Below, one piece after another: positions 8,971 through 24,137 of a stretch of DNA of 64,000 nt (the stretch's first letter is position 1; each line of letters starts with the position of its first letter). This DNA is from an uncultured delta proteobacterium (GTDB taxonomy: Bacteria; Myxococcota; Myxococcia; Myxococcales; Myxococcaceae), in the NCBI GenBank assembly GCA_963796055.1, contig CAWCKH010000003.1, positions 224,001 through 288,000 on the forward strand, in the 5' to 3' direction. The translations under genes were made by a program, and so were the position numbers. Below the pieces are notes generated by a model that saw nothing but the letters and a program-made list of their open reading frames with translations, ran no database searches and was not told where the DNA came from.

Positions 8971-10604
8971 CGGGGCGAGACCTCCCATCCCCAGCCCGGC
9001 AGCCCGAGCGCAGGATCGGGCCCGAGGTTCACCGTGACGACGAGCCCGGGCCGCTCGAGGCGGTAGGCCCTGCCCTGGCAGCGCACGCGCGGCCAGTGCG
9101 AGGCGATGGGGTCCAGGAAGCGCCGGCGGAGCGCGAGCATCTTCTGGTAGTGCGCGCGCAGCCGGGTGTCGCCCTGCCGCGCGGGCCGCGAGTCGCGGAA
9201 CGTCGTCTCGGCCTGGGGGTCGGGGACCTCCCCTGCCTCGGCGATGTGCTCGGCCCGCCGGCCCTCGGACACCGCCCGGCCGAGCTCGGGGTCGGTGTGG
9301 CTGGTGAAGTAGAGGAAGGGACGCGTCTCACCGTGCTCCTCGCCCATGAAGAGCAGCGGGAGGCCGGGGCCGAGCAGCAGCAGCGTCGCCAGCGGCTCGA
9401 GCGCCTCGCGGGGGACGAGGCTCGCCAGCCGCTCGCCGGTGGGCCGGTTGCCGACCTGGTCGTGGTTCTGCAGGCACATGACGAATTGCCGCGGAAGCAG
9501 CCCCTCGGTGCCGGTCCCGTGCGGCTTGCCCCGGAAGCGGGAACGCTGGCCCTGGTACACGAAGCCCTGCTCGAGCGCGGCGACCAGCTGCCCGGGCTCG
9601 CCGTAGTCGGCGTAGAACGCGCCGCGCTCGCCGGTCAGCATCGCGTGCAGTGCGTGGTGGAAGTCGTCCGCCCAGACGGCGTCACACCCCCAGCCGGCGG
9701 GAGGCGGATCCACCACCCTCCGGTCGTTCAGATCGCTCTCGGCGACGACCTGCGCCCGCCCACCCGACGCCTCGTGGACCGCGCGGGCGATCTCCGCCAC
9801 CAGATGCACCGGGCTGTCGTCGACGATGGCGTGGACCGCGTCGAGCCGGAGCGCATCCACGTGAAAGTCCTCCACCCAGGACCGGGCCGCCTGCACCATG
9901 TACCCGCGGACCGGCCCGGAGTCCGATCCGTCGTAGTTCATCCCATCGCCCCAGGGCGAGCGGTGCCGCGGGGTGGTGTAGGGCCCGAACTCGCCCAGAT
10001 AGTTCCCCTCGGGACCGAGGTGGTTGTAGACCACGTCCAGGCAGACGCCCAGCCCGAGCGCGTGCGCGCGGTCCACGAAGCGCTGCAGCGCCGCCGGTCC
10101 GCCGTAGGCCCCGTGCACCGCGTGGAGCAGCACCCCGTCGTACCCCCAGTTCCGCGCCCCCCCGAAGGGCTGCACCGGCATCAGCTCCACGCAGGTGACG
10201 CCCAGGTCCACCAGCTCGGGCAACCGCGCAGCCGCCGCGTCGAGCGTCCCCTCCTCGGTGAACGTGCCCAGGTGCAGCTCGTAGAACACGAGCGCCTCGG
10301 GAGGGACACCGGACCAGCCCCCGTCGGTCCAGCCGAACTCCTCGGGGTGGAAGATGGCCGACGGCCCGTGCACCGTGCCCACCTGGGCCCGGGCCGCCGG
10401 GTCCGCCCGCACGCGCCCGTCCGGGAAGACTAGGGCGTAAGGAACTCCAGAGGGCAGCCACGGCAGGTCGGCCGTCCACCAGCCCTCGTCGGCCGCGGCG
10501 AGGGGCCGTCGCCCGTCCGCCACCTGCACCTCGAGGCGCTCGGCGCGCGGCGCCCACACCGCCAGCCGCAGCCCGTCTCCGTGTCTCGACACTCCGTGTC
10601 GCAT
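8967..10604 (-). CDS. treZ: Malto-oligosyltrehalose trehalohydrolase (GH13)
   Basis: [59 protein letters not shown] and LLFMGEE motifs. Confidence 0.95.
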   Translation of the reverse strand: MRHGVSRHGDGLRLAVWAPRAERLEVQVADGRRPLAAADEGWWTADLPWLPSGVPYALVFPDGRVRADPAARAQVGTVHGPSAIFHPEEFGWTDGGWSGVPPEALVFYELHLGTFTEEGTLDAAAARLPELVDLGVTCVELMPVQPFGGARNWGYDGVLLHAVHGAYGGPAALQRFVDRAHALGLGVCLDVVYNHLGPEGNYLGEFGPYTTPRHRSPWGDGMNYDGSDSGPVRGYMVQAARSWVEDFHVDALRLDAVHAIVDDSPVHLVAEIARAVHEASGGRAQVVAESDLNDRRVVDPPPAGWGCDAVWADDFHHALHAMLTGERGAFYADYGEPGQLVAALEQGFVYQGQRSRFRGKPHGTGTEGLLPRQFVMCLQNHDQVGNRPTGERLASLVPREALEPLATLLLLGPGLPLLFMGEEHGETRPFLYFTSHTDPELGRAVSEGRRAEHIAEAGEVPDPQAETTFRDSRPARQGDTRLRAHYQKMLALRRRFLDPIASHWPRVRCQGRAYRLERPGLVVTVNLGPDPALGLPGWGWEVSPR

Positions 10605-10812
10605 GGCGCTGAGACCTGGGTCAGGGCGGCCACGCCCGAGGTCCTGGTCGAAAACTCTCGGGCCCGCAGCCGTCGAGACCAGGGCGGCCGCGGTACGGTA
10701 GTCACGTCCGGTGCGCCGATGCAGCCGGGAACTGCAGTGGCACCGTCGGGCAGCGGACGGGCGGGCGGTGTCAACTTCCCCTGCCGGGCCAGGGTGCACA
10801 CCGTCGCAACCG

Positions 10813-11136
10813 ATGCGCCCTGTCCGGACCCTGGCCCTGCTCGCGGCCTTGCTGCTGCCGTCGTCGCCCGGCCTTGCCGCCCCATGGAGCCGCCCCTCGC
10901 CGCGAGCGGCGCTCGAGGTTCATGCCTCGCTCCGGGGCGCGCCGCGGATCGAGCCCCCGGCTTCCGCCCACCACGCACTCCGCGATCTCCCCGCAACGGT
11001 GGAGCATCCGGACCTGTACGCGCTGGTCACCCGCTGGATCGAGGCGGTGGCAGTCCCCGGGCCCGACGGGAAGCCGAAGCTCGTCCCGGTGACGGTGCGC
11101 GGCGGGCTCGGTCTGGCCTTCGCCCGCCGCTGGTGA
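10813..11136 (+). CDS. Small secreted hypothetical protein
   Basis: Signal peptide MRPVRTLALLAALLLPSSPGLA. C-terminal amphipathic strand GGLGLAFARRW. Confidence 0.55.
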   Translation: MRPVRTLALLAALLLPSSPGLAAPWSRPSPRAALEVHASLRGAPRIEPPASAHHALRDLPATVEHPDLYALVTRWIEAVAVPGPDGKPKLVPVTVRGGLGLAFARRW

Positions 11137-11214
11137 GGTGCGGTGCGGCGAGGTGGGACGGCCATTCTCCCGCGCACCAGCGGTAAGCTGCGGCGCACCG
11201 TTCCCAGTCCAGGA

Positions 11215-11682
11215 ATGTCCCTCCCTGCCCCCTCCAGCCCCGGCTCGACCCCCGCCTTCCGCGTGCGGCTCGCGCGCCGTGGTGACGGCGAGCAGCTCGG
11301 TCTACTCCTCGCCGAGCTGGGCCACGCCGGCGCGGGAGACACCGGCACCGTGCACTGGGTGCTGAGCCATCCGGAGATCGAGGTCCACGTCGCCGCCGAC
11401 GGCAGCGACCGGCCACTGGGCCTCCTCTCGCTCTCTCACCGGCCCCAGCTCCGGCTCGGCGGCCGCGTCGCCACCATCGACGAGCTGGTGGTGCTGCCCC
11501 ACGCCCGCCGACAGGGCCTGGGACGGGCGCTGGTCCAGCGGGCGCTGGAGCGCGCGCGGGTGCTGAGCGTGAAGCGGGTGGAGCTGCAGCTGCCGAGCGT
11601 TCCCACCGAGGCCAGCTACCGCTTCTGCGAGGCGATGGGCTTCCGGGACGCCGAGCGCGGGGTCGTCACCCGGACCCCTTGA
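11215..11682 (+). CDS. GNAT family N-acetyltransferase
   Basis: IDELVVLPHARRQGLGRALV acetyl-CoA-binding motif A. FCEAMGF. Confidence 0.9.
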   Translation: MSLPAPSSPGSTPAFRVRLARRGDGEQLGLLLAELGHAGAGDTGTVHWVLSHPEIEVHVAADGSDRPLGLLSLSHRPQLRLGGRVATIDELVVLPHARRQGLGRALVQRALERARVLSVKRVELQLPSVPTEASYRFCEAMGFRDAERGVVTRTP

Positions 11683-12040
11683 GCGTCCAGGCCCCGGGCA
11701 ACGTCGCCGGCCCGAGCCGGTGGACCAGCGCCCCGAGCCGCTCCTTCGACGCCGGCTCCACCTCGCGGAAGCGCACCCCGATGGCCTGCTCGCGGGCGCG
11801 GGCCCAGGCCACCACACCCTCCAGCTCGAACCGCTCGTCCTCCACCAGCAACACCAGCTGCAGCACGTGACCCACCGGGTAGCTGCGCTCGGTCTTCAGG
11901 CAGATGCCGCCCACCGAGAAGTTCACCGCGTAGGAGCGAAGCGCCTCCACGGCTGCAGCCGCGTCGCGGAAGTGGACCTCGATCCTCACCGGGATGCGGT
12001 CCTCTGCCCGCCGCTCCTCGCCCTCGTGGGGAGTGTCCAT
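11666..12040 (-). CDS. Stand-alone PilZ domain protein (myxobacterial TIGR02266-like)
   Basis: RxxxR (RAEDR), NFSVGG, G.V.W and IGVRF motifs. Confidence 0.88.
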   Translation of the reverse strand: MDTPHEGEERRAEDRIPVRIEVHFRDAAAAVEALRSYAVNFSVGGICLKTERSYPVGHVLQLVLLVEDERFELEGVVAWARAREQAIGVRFREVEPASKERLGALVHRLGPATLPGAWTLKGSG

Positions 12041-12083
12041 CCGGTCGAGCCGGACGACCCTTGTCCGGCCTGTGCGCCAGTGT

Positions 12084-13652
12084 CTACCGGAAGCGCGGGT
12101 CGATCGCCAGATAGGCCGCCGCCCGGAGCGACTTCCGATGAAGCTCCCTGGGGGGCCTCAACACGTTCAGCAGCAGCTTCCGGCCGAAGACCCGGCGGAA
12201 GAGGCCCGCCTCGTGGGTGGCATCCCACAGCTCGAGGTCCAGTGGGCTCCGGGCCCGGAGCTTCACCAGCACCGCGTTGGGCAAGAGCCTCGCCTGGAGC
12301 CGGACGATGCTCTGCCGGTGGCTACGATCGAGCGAGTCGGCGACTCGGAGAAGGGTGGCGAGCTTGCGCACCACCCGGACCTCGCCGGTGCCGAGGCCCT
12401 CCATCCCCGAGTGGCTCGGGTCGGGAGCGCTCCGGCGGTGGTAGCGCGCGATGCGGGCCACCAGCTCGCGCTCCCGCTCGCGCAGCCCGGGGATCTCGGC
12501 GTTGACGATGAGGTAGTAGCTGTGCCGGTGGTGCTTCTGGTAGCTGACCGCGTTGCCGATGTCGTGGAGCAGGCCCGCGACCTCGAGGAGCGGACGGGCC
12601 GACGCCGGCAGGTTGTGCAGGGGCGCGAGATCGTCGAAGAGCTGCAGCGCCAGCCGGGTCACCTGGGTGGCGTGCGCCTCGTCGAAGTGGAACCGCCGGC
12701 CCACCACCAGCGCCGCCTCGTGCAGGCTGTGGTCCTCGCCGGCGTCCTTGCGCCGGATGAGGTCGACCAGGATGCCCTCGCGCAGCCCGCGCTGGACCGC
12801 GGTGACCGACTCGATGCCCAGGTGTCTCACCAGCTGCTCGAGGATGACCGCCCCGGCGCAGACGATCTCCGCGCGGCGGGCATCGAAGCGCTTGCGCCGC
12901 TGGACCGGTGACATCTCCACCAGGTCCTCCACTGCCTGGGAGATCTGCCGGGCGGTGGCGTTCGCGGCGGCATCGGAGGCGGCGTAGCCCACCACCGCGC
13001 CGATGGTGCCGGAGCTGCCCAGTGCCGCCCGGGGCGCGCCGGCGATGCGGGCCGGGAGCCCCTCGGTGAGCGCCTCCGAGACGTACCCCCGCATGAGCTT
13101 GAGCTGCTTCTTGCTCATGCTCCTCGAGGTCCCGAACAGCTCGGTGAGCCGGACCGCGCCGAGCCCCACGGTCCACATCGCGTTGGGCGTGTCCCCCAGG
13201 GCGGAGGCGACCTCGGTCGAGCCACCGCCGATGTCGATGCACAGCGAGCGCGCGCTGGGCGGCTTCCCCCACAGGACGCCCATGCTGATGAGCCGGGCCT
13301 CCTCCATGCCGGAGATGACCTCCAGCCGCAGTCCGGCCTCCTCCCGGGCCCGGCGGACGATCTCGTCCCGGTTCTTCGCCTCTCGCACCGCGCTGGTGGC
13401 GACCGCCCGCACCTGCGCGTGGTACCTCCGGCAGAGCGCACCGTACCGGCGAAGCGTGGAGAGCAGCCGGTCGGCGACCTCGCGGGGAATGACCCCGGTG
13501 CGGAACACGCCCTCGCCGGGGCGGACCGGGTCTCGCTCCTGGTGGAGCAGCTCCAGCGAGCCGTTCGCCAGCAGCCGCGCCAGCTCCAGACGCACCGCAT
13601 TGGTGCCCACGTCGATGGCGGCGAGCACCGGTTCTGGGACGGGTCGAGTCAA
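12084..13652 (-). CDS. ppx: Exopolyphosphatase, Ppx/GppA family, with HD domain
   Basis: AAIDVGTNAVRL, VATSAVREA, ISG.EEARL, DIGGGSTE, GLREG and LLHDIG motifs. Divergent from ppk1. Confidence 0.93.
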   Translation of the reverse strand: MTRPVPEPVLAAIDVGTNAVRLELARLLANGSLELLHQERDPVRPGEGVFRTGVIPREVADRLLSTLRRYGALCRRYHAQVRAVATSAVREAKNRDEIVRRAREEAGLRLEVISGMEEARLISMGVLWGKPPSARSLCIDIGGGSTEVASALGDTPNAMWTVGLGAVRLTELFGTSRSMSKKQLKLMRGYVSEALTEGLPARIAGAPRAALGSSGTIGAVVGYAASDAAANATARQISQAVEDLVEMSPVQRRKRFDARRAEIVCAGAVILEQLVRHLGIESVTAVQRGLREGILVDLIRRKDAGEDHSLHEAALVVGRRFHFDEAHATQVTRLALQLFDDLAPLHNLPASARPLLEVAGLLHDIGNAVSYQKHHRHSYYLIVNAEIPGLRERERELVARIARYHRRSAPDPSHSGMEGLGTGEVRVVRKLATLLRVADSLDRSHRQSIVRLQARLLPNAVLVKLRARSPLDLELWDATHEAGLFRRVFGRKLLLNVLRPPRELHRKSLRAAAYLAIDPRFR

Positions 13653-13718
13653 GGCGATCCAGGGAGGTGTAACAATGCGCTCCGACGCGCAAGGCCGCGG
13701 GCTTGCTCGGGCACCCCC

Positions 13719-13745
13719 TTCACGTCATCGTCACCCATCTGGAAC
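13719..13745 (+). promoter_or_regulatory. Putative Pho-box-like 11-bp-spaced direct repeats upstream of ppk1
   Basis: TTCAC (13719), GTCAC (13730) and GGAAC (13741), each 11 bp apart, in the ppx/ppk1 divergent spacer. Confidence 0.4.
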
Positions 13746-13782
13746 CCCCCGGACGCACCGCTCCGGACGCTCCTTCTGCCCC

Positions 13783-15933
13783 TTGGACTCGACCGACCCC
13801 CGGATGTTCATCAACCGCGAGCTGAGCGCGCTCGCCTTCAACCTGCGCATCCTGGGGGAGGCGCAGGACGCCGCCCTGCCCCCGCTCGAGCGGGTGCGCT
13901 TCCTCTCCATCGCCTCGGCGAACCTGGACGAGTTCTTCATGGTGCGGGTGGCGGGCATCAAACAGCAGCTGGCCTCCGGCGTCACGGCCACCGAGGCGGA
14001 CGGCCTCTCGCCGACCGAACAGTTCCAGGCCATCACCGCGGAGGTGCGGGAGATGGTGAGGCTGTTCGACGCGGTCTGGCGGGACGAGCTGGTGCCCCTG
14101 CTCCGCTCTCACGGACTGGAGATCCTCTCGCCCGACGCCCTGGACCGTGCCCAGCGGGAGGCGGCGCGGGAGCACTTCCGCTCCGCCGTCTTTCCGGCGC
14201 TGACCCCGCTGGCGGTCGACCCGGGCCACCCTTTTCCGCACCTGCGCAACAAGTCGCTGAACCTGGCCGCGGTCCTCCACCGCGAGGGGCGGAAGCGGCG
14301 CGCGGGGGGCGGGCCGGGCGACCTCGCGGTGGTGCAGGTGCCCACGGTGCTCAGCCGGCTCGTTCCGCTGCCGGCGGACGAGGGGCAGAGCGCGTATCTG
14401 CTGCTCGAGGACCTCATCGGCCTCTTCCTGGGCGAGCTGTTCCCCGGCTTCACCGTGGAGCACCGGGCGGCGTTCCGGGTGACCCGGAACTGGGACCTGA
14501 ACGTGGACGAGGAGGAGTCCGAGGACCTCATGTCCACCATCCAGGAGGAGCTGCGTCGACGGGACCGCGGCATGGCGGTGCGACTCGAGCTGAACCAGGG
14601 CGCCACCCTGGCGCTGGAGGCCTCGCTCCGCCAGTCGCTGGGGCTGACCCACGAGGACGTCTACCGCTCCGAGGCGCCGCTGCAGCTGTCGGATCTCACC
14701 GCGCTGGCCGAGCGCGACCACCGCCCCGAGCTCCGGGCCGAGCCCTTCACTCCGGCGCTGCCGCCCGCGCTCCGCGACGCCGAGAGCCTGTTTCCGGTGC
14801 TGGCCCGGGGCGACGTGCTGCTCCAGCACCCCTACGAGTCGTTCGACCCGGTCACCCGCTTCATCGAGGAGGCGGCGGACGACCCGAACGTGCTGGCCAT
14901 CAAGCAGACGCTGTACCGCATCGCCCCGGACAGCCCAATCGCCCGGGCGCTCAGCCGCGCCGCGGAGAACGGCAAGCAGGTGGCGGCGCTGGTGGAGCTG
15001 AAGGCCCGCCTGGACGAGGCGAACAACATCGCCTGGGCCCGGAGGATGGAGGAGGCCGGGGTGCACGTGGTCTACGGCCTGATCGGGCTGAAGACCCACT
15101 GCAAGATCGCCCTGGTGGTCCGGCGTGAAGGCCAGGGCATTCGCCGCTACGTCCACCTCGGCACCGGCAACTACAACGCGCTCACCGCGCGGCAGTACAC
15201 CGACCTGTCGCTGTTCACCGCCCGGACCGCCGTGGCCGACGACGTGAGCGCGCTGTTCAACATGCTCACCGGCTACGCCGTGCCGCCGACGTTCAAGCGG
15301 CTGGTGGTGGCGCCGTGGGGACTCCAGGAGAAGCTGACCGAGCTCATTCGCCGCGAGGCAGACCGGGCGCGCCGCGGAGAGGGCGCGCGGATCCTGGTCA
15401 AGGTGAACCACCTGGTGGACGCGGCTCTCATCCGCGAGCTGTACGCGGCCTCCCAGGCCGGCGTCCGCATCGACCTTCTCATCCGCGGGATCTGCTGCCT
15501 CCGGCCGGGACTGCTGGGCGTGTCGGAGAACATCCGGGTCCGCGCCATCACCGACCGCTTTCTCGAGCACAGCCGGGTGTTCGCCTTCGGCACGCCGGAG
15601 CGGGCGGAGGTGTTCCTCACCAGCTCCGACTGGATGCCGCGCAACTTCATCCGCCGGGTGGAGGTGATGGTCCCGGTGGAGGACCCGGTCATCCGGCTCC
15701 GGCTGCTGGACGAGGTGCTGGGCATCGGACTGCGGGACGACGCCAAGGCGAGCGAGCTGCAGTCGGATGGGACCTACACCCCGGTCCGGAGCGAGGGCGG
15801 GCCCAGCGTGCGGAGCCAGATGGTGTTCCTCGAGCGCGCGCACCGGGCCGAGGCGGGCAAGGACGCGGTCATCCGGCACATCGCCGCGCCCGAGCCCTCC
15901 GCCCCGCCGCGCTCGGCCCTGCCGCAGGGCTGA
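13783..15933 (+). CDS. ppk1: Polyphosphate kinase 1 (copy A)
   Basis: FINRELS, NLDEFFMVRVAG, LTPLAVDPGHPFP, HPYESF, AIKQTLYR, ELKARLDE, GLKTHCK, HLGTGNYN, RFLEHSR and SDWMPRN motifs. Start is TTG 13783 or ATG 13804. Confidence 0.96.
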   Translation: MDSTDPRMFINRELSALAFNLRILGEAQDAALPPLERVRFLSIASANLDEFFMVRVAGIKQQLASGVTATEADGLSPTEQFQAITAEVREMVRLFDAVWRDELVPLLRSHGLEILSPDALDRAQREAAREHFRSAVFPALTPLAVDPGHPFPHLRNKSLNLAAVLHREGRKRRAGGGPGDLAVVQVPTVLSRLVPLPADEGQSAYLLLEDLIGLFLGELFPGFTVEHRAAFRVTRNWDLNVDEEESEDLMSTIQEELRRRDRGMAVRLELNQGATLALEASLRQSLGLTHEDVYRSEAPLQLSDLTALAERDHRPELRAEPFTPALPPALRDAESLFPVLARGDVLLQHPYESFDPVTRFIEEAADDPNVLAIKQTLYRIAPDSPIARALSRAAENGKQVAALVELKARLDEANNIAWARRMEEAGVHVVYGLIGLKTHCKIALVVRREGQGIRRYVHLGTGNYNALTARQYTDLSLFTARTAVADDVSALFNMLTGYAVPPTFKRLVVAPWGLQEKLTELIRREADRARRGEGARILVKVNHLVDAALIRELYAASQAGVRIDLLIRGICCLRPGLLGVSENIRVRAITDRFLEHSRVFAFGTPERAEVFLTSSDWMPRNFIRRVEVMVPVEDPVIRLRLLDEVLGIGLRDDAKASELQSDGTYTPVRSEGGPSVRSQMVFLERAHRAEAGKDAVIRHIAAPEPSAPPRSALPQG

Positions 15934-16032
15934 GCCGCGCAGCGCAGCAGCCCAGGAGCGTGGCGGCGAGCGAACGACACGACTCTCCGGCTTGCGCTCG
16001 CCCCTCGACTGCTGAGAGACACGGCTGCCCTC

Positions 16033-17949
16033 GTGACCCTCCTCCGCGCCGCCGATGTCGCGCTCTCCTTCGGGAGCCGCACCCTCTTTCACGACCTGAC
16101 GCTGGTGGTCGAGGAGGACGAGCGGGTGGGCCTGGTGGGTGTCAACGGCTCGGGCAAGTCGACCTTGATGCGCATCCTCGCCGGCGAGCTCCGGCCCGAT
16201 GCGGGCCAGCTGCAGCTCCGCCGAGGCGCGCGGGTGACGTTTCTCCCCCAGGAGCCGGAATTTCCCTCGGGCGCGACCGTCGCCGGGGAGCTCTCGGTCG
16301 CCCAGGCGCCGCTCCGGCAGGCGCTGGAGCAGCACCACGCTCTGGCCCACCAGCTCGGGTCCCTCGCCGCCGACCCACTCGCGCGGGCCACCGAGCAGCT
16401 CGCCGCGCTGGCGGACCGGATCGAGTCGCTCGGCGGCTGGGACACCGAGCACCAGGCGCGTACCCTGCTCGACCGGCTCGGAGTGAAGGACTGGGACCGG
16501 CCGGTGGCCCAGCTCTCCGGCGGCGTCCGGAAGCGGGTGGCCATCGCCCGCGCCCTGCTCTCCCGACCGGATCTGCTGCTCCTCGACGAGCCGACCAACC
16601 ATCTGGACGCCGACACGGTGGAGTGGCTCGAGGACGCGCTCGACGCGCTCCCGGGTGCGCTGCTGCTGGTCACCCACGACCGGTACTTCCTCGACAGCCT
16701 GGTGGACCGGATCGTCGAGATCCAGCCCGGGGGCGCCCTGGTCTCGTACCCCGGCAACTACCAGGCGTACCTCGAGCAGAAGCTGGTCGCCGAGGAGGAG
16801 GCCGCGCGGGCCGAGCACAAGCGGGGCCGGTGGATCGCCCAGGAGGTCGCCTGGCTCCGGCGCGGTCCCGAGGCACGCCGGACCAAGAGCCGGGCCCGCG
16901 TCGACCGCGCCCGGCGGCTGATGGCCGAGCCGCGCTTCCGCCGTCCGCGCATTCCCGAGCTGCAGCTGGCCGAGGCCCCACGGCTGGGTCACACGGTCAT
17001 CGAGGCCCGGGGTGTCGCCTTCGGCTGGCCCGGACGGGAGCTGCTCCGGGACGTCTCGCTCATCGTGCAGTCGGGCGACCGGGTGGGCATCGTCGGCCCG
17101 AACGGCGCGGGGAAGACGACACTCCTGCGCGTGCTTCTCGGCGAGCTCCCCCCGCAGCGGGGGACGGTCGTCCGCGGGCGCACCGCGCGCGTGGCGCACT
17201 TCGACCAGGGGCGGGCATCGCTCGACCCGGAGCAGACGGTGTACGAGGCCGCCTCGAGCGAGGAGCAGGTGGAGCTCGGCGGTCGGACCGTCGCCCTGCG
17301 CGACTACCTCGATGACCTCCTCTTTCCCGTGCCGATGCAGCGGATGAAGGTCGCCGCGCTCTCGGGCGGCGAACGAAACCGGCTGCTGCTCGCGCGGCTG
17401 TTCCTCCAGGGCGCGAATCTGCTGGTCCTGGACGAGCCCACCAACGATTTGGACCTTCCGACGTTGAACGTCCTGGAGCGACTGCTGCTCGGGTTCAACG
17501 GCGCGGTCCTCCTCGTGACGCACGACCGGTACTTCCTGGACAAGGTGGCGACCCGGGTCCTGGCGGTGGAGGGAGACGGCACGGTGATCTCCTGGCCGGG
17601 GAACTTCACCACCTACCGGGCACTCCGGGCCCAGACGACCGCCGGGACCTCGCCACCGGGTGCCACGCGCAACCCGGCTGCCCCGGTGGTGGACCGAGCG
17701 ACGGGCGCCCCAGCCGAGTTAGCGCGCCCGAGGCGCCTCGGGTACCAGGCCCAGCGTGAGCTCGAGGGGATGGAGGCGGCGATCGAGGCGGCGGAGGCTC
17801 GCCGTGCCGCGGCCGAGGCCGACCTGCTTCGCCCGGAGGTCTACTCGGACGGACGTCGGGCGGCCGAAGCGCAGGCCGCGCTCGCTGCGGCCACCGCCGA
17901 GGTGGATCGTCTCTATGCCCGCTGGGCCGAGCTGACGTCGCTCGGGTAA
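16033..17949 (+). CDS. ABC-F family ATPase, Uup-like, with C-terminal coiled coil
   Basis: Two ABC domains (GVNGSGKST and GPNGAGKTT, LSGG, LDEPTN, THDRYFLD), no TM domain, C-terminal ..RWAEL. Confidence 0.92.
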   Translation: MTLLRAADVALSFGSRTLFHDLTLVVEEDERVGLVGVNGSGKSTLMRILAGELRPDAGQLQLRRGARVTFLPQEPEFPSGATVAGELSVAQAPLRQALEQHHALAHQLGSLAADPLARATEQLAALADRIESLGGWDTEHQARTLLDRLGVKDWDRPVAQLSGGVRKRVAIARALLSRPDLLLLDEPTNHLDADTVEWLEDALDALPGALLLVTHDRYFLDSLVDRIVEIQPGGALVSYPGNYQAYLEQKLVAEEEAARAEHKRGRWIAQEVAWLRRGPEARRTKSRARVDRARRLMAEPRFRRPRIPELQLAEAPRLGHTVIEARGVAFGWPGRELLRDVSLIVQSGDRVGIVGPNGAGKTTLLRVLLGELPPQRGTVVRGRTARVAHFDQGRASLDPEQTVYEAASSEEQVELGGRTVALRDYLDDLLFPVPMQRMKVAALSGGERNRLLLARLFLQGANLLVLDEPTNDLDLPTLNVLERLLLGFNGAVLLVTHDRYFLDKVATRVLAVEGDGTVISWPGNFTTYRALRAQTTAGTSPPGATRNPAAPVVDRATGAPAELARPRRLGYQAQRELEGMEAAIEAAEARRAAAEADLLRPEVYSDGRRAAEAQAALAAATAEVDRLYARWAELTSLG

Positions 17950-18079
17950 GTGCCTGCGGCCGTCCACGCGCCGATACCGCGAGGCCGAGGACACTCCTTC
18001 TCCTCGTCGCTGGCGTGTGCCCTGGAACGGGCGCATCGGACAGACCGCAGCGCCACACCCATGAGAAGGAGTCCACGAG

Positions 18080-18859
18080 ATGGCACAGAACGAGAAGCAG
18101 GGAACGGGAACGGAGTCGAGGAGCGCGGCGGCGGGGTCGAGCACCGGCGCGGAAAGCCCCGGAATCTCCACCGCGGCACGCGGCACGACCTCGACCGGAA
18201 GCGCGTCCTCGCCGGGGAGCTCGTCGCCGACCAGAGCCGAGAGCGGCACCGAGCAGAGCGGCATGACGGTGGGCTCCACGGGAACGTCCGGTGGCCAGCA
18301 GCAGCAGGGCTCACGGCTCGCGAGGCGCGAGGGCTGGGACGACCCGCTCGGCAATCTCTTCGGCGGGAACCTCTTCGGGGCGAACCCCTTCGCCCTCTTC
18401 CGCCGGCTGAGCGACGATATGGATCGGATGTTCTTCGGAGGCGGCGCCCCGCAGAACCTCAACCCGATCGCTGCACTGGCGGGCCGCTTCATCCCCAACA
18501 TCGACATCGAGCAGCGTGACGACAGCATCGTGGTCCGCGCCGACCTCCCTGGCGTCCAGCTCGAGGACTTCCAGGTGAACGTCGATGACGACGCGCTCGT
18601 GCTCCAGGGCGAGCGGCGGGACCAGCGGGAGGAGAACCGCGGCGGAATGCGGCGGGTGGAGCGGACCTACGGGAGCTTCCGCCGCGTCATCCCGCTTCCT
18701 CCGGGCGCGAACACCGACGCCGCCCAGGCGCGCTTCGAGAACGGCGTCCTGGAGATCGTCATCCCGGTGCAGCAACAGTCCCGGAGCCGCCGGCTCGACG
18801 TCCAGTCGTCCAGCGGGACCTCGACCGGCAGCACCACCCGCGACACCACCCGCCACTGA
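18080..18859 (+). CDS. Hsp20/alpha-crystallin small heat-shock protein with long S/T/G-rich N-terminus
   Basis: ADLPGV, LQGER, ERTYGSFRR.IPLP and ARFENGVLEI motifs. AGGAG RBS upstream. Confidence 0.93.
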   Translation: MAQNEKQGTGTESRSAAAGSSTGAESPGISTAARGTTSTGSASSPGSSSPTRAESGTEQSGMTVGSTGTSGGQQQQGSRLARREGWDDPLGNLFGGNLFGANPFALFRRLSDDMDRMFFGGGAPQNLNPIAALAGRFIPNIDIEQRDDSIVVRADLPGVQLEDFQVNVDDDALVLQGERRDQREENRGGMRRVERTYGSFRRVIPLPPGANTDAAQARFENGVLEIVIPVQQQSRSRRLDVQSSSGTSTGSTTRDTTRH

Positions 18860-18895
18860 CCGGCGCCGTTCACGACGCTGGCTGGCGATGCTGAA

Positions 18896-19605
18896 CTACC
18901 GGGTCGAGCCTGCGCGGAGACGCAGCGCCCCGTAGACCCCCGCCTCGGCATAGGTCGGAACTGCGCTCGGTCGGCAGCCCCAGCCGTTCATCACCAGGGT
19001 GAGGCGGAGCTCGCCACGGAACCTGAGCCGCGACGCCGGCACGGCGTTCCGCGCATCGAGCACTCCGTGGGTCAGTCGCCCGTCGAACATCGCCAGCCGG
19101 TTCGGTCTCGGAGCGACCAGATCCGCCTGCAGCGGGAGCGGGACCAGTGCTGGGTGCCGTGCGTCCGGCGGCTGGGCGGTGACCGCGAGCGCCCCGCCCC
19201 GGACCCGGTTGAGGAACAGCACCGAGGAGACGCGCGGATGGCGGTCCGGACCGCCTGCCTGCGCCAGCCGCTCGTCCCGGTCGCGGTGGAAGTCGACCCG
19301 CACGTCGTGGGTCCACATCCGGGAGAGCCACCACTCGACTCCCCGCGCGCCTCGCCCGCGGAAACGGTTCCCGAGTGCCACGAGGGCCAGCTCGGGCACG
19401 GCGACCGGAGTCGCGTCGAGGTCGAACCAGAAGGTGGTCTGGTAGGTCCTCCGGACTCCCTCGGAGCCGAGACGGCGGACACTCCGCTGCAGCCTCCGGA
19501 ACAGCGCCAGGGGGAGTGCCGGCTCGATGAGCTCGACCAGTCGCTCCGGTGCCGGTGGACGGGTCCGCCGTCGGCGGGTGCCTGCCCCGGTCGCGCTGGC
19601 CACGG

Positions 19606-19609
<4 letters not shown>
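18896..19609 (-). CDS. Putative 2OG-Fe(II)-dependent oxygenase
   Basis: HxD (FHRD), SSVLFLN, GG.L.V, P..NRL..FDG.L.HGV (distal His) and R.T...N. ATGA overlap with the upstream methyltransferase. Confidence 0.65.
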
Positions 19610-24110
<4,501 letters not shown>

Positions 24111-24137
24111 AGACCCCGGCCAGAGCGTCCCGGACGT

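Noticed and set aside
13720..17523. 1267-aa minus-strand ORF and similar long ORFs (69..2717, 24164..26413, 42081..45122, 46266..48596)
   Set aside because: Antisense or off-frame shadows of real genes, expected from stop-codon scarcity at high GC. They show no recognisable motifs.
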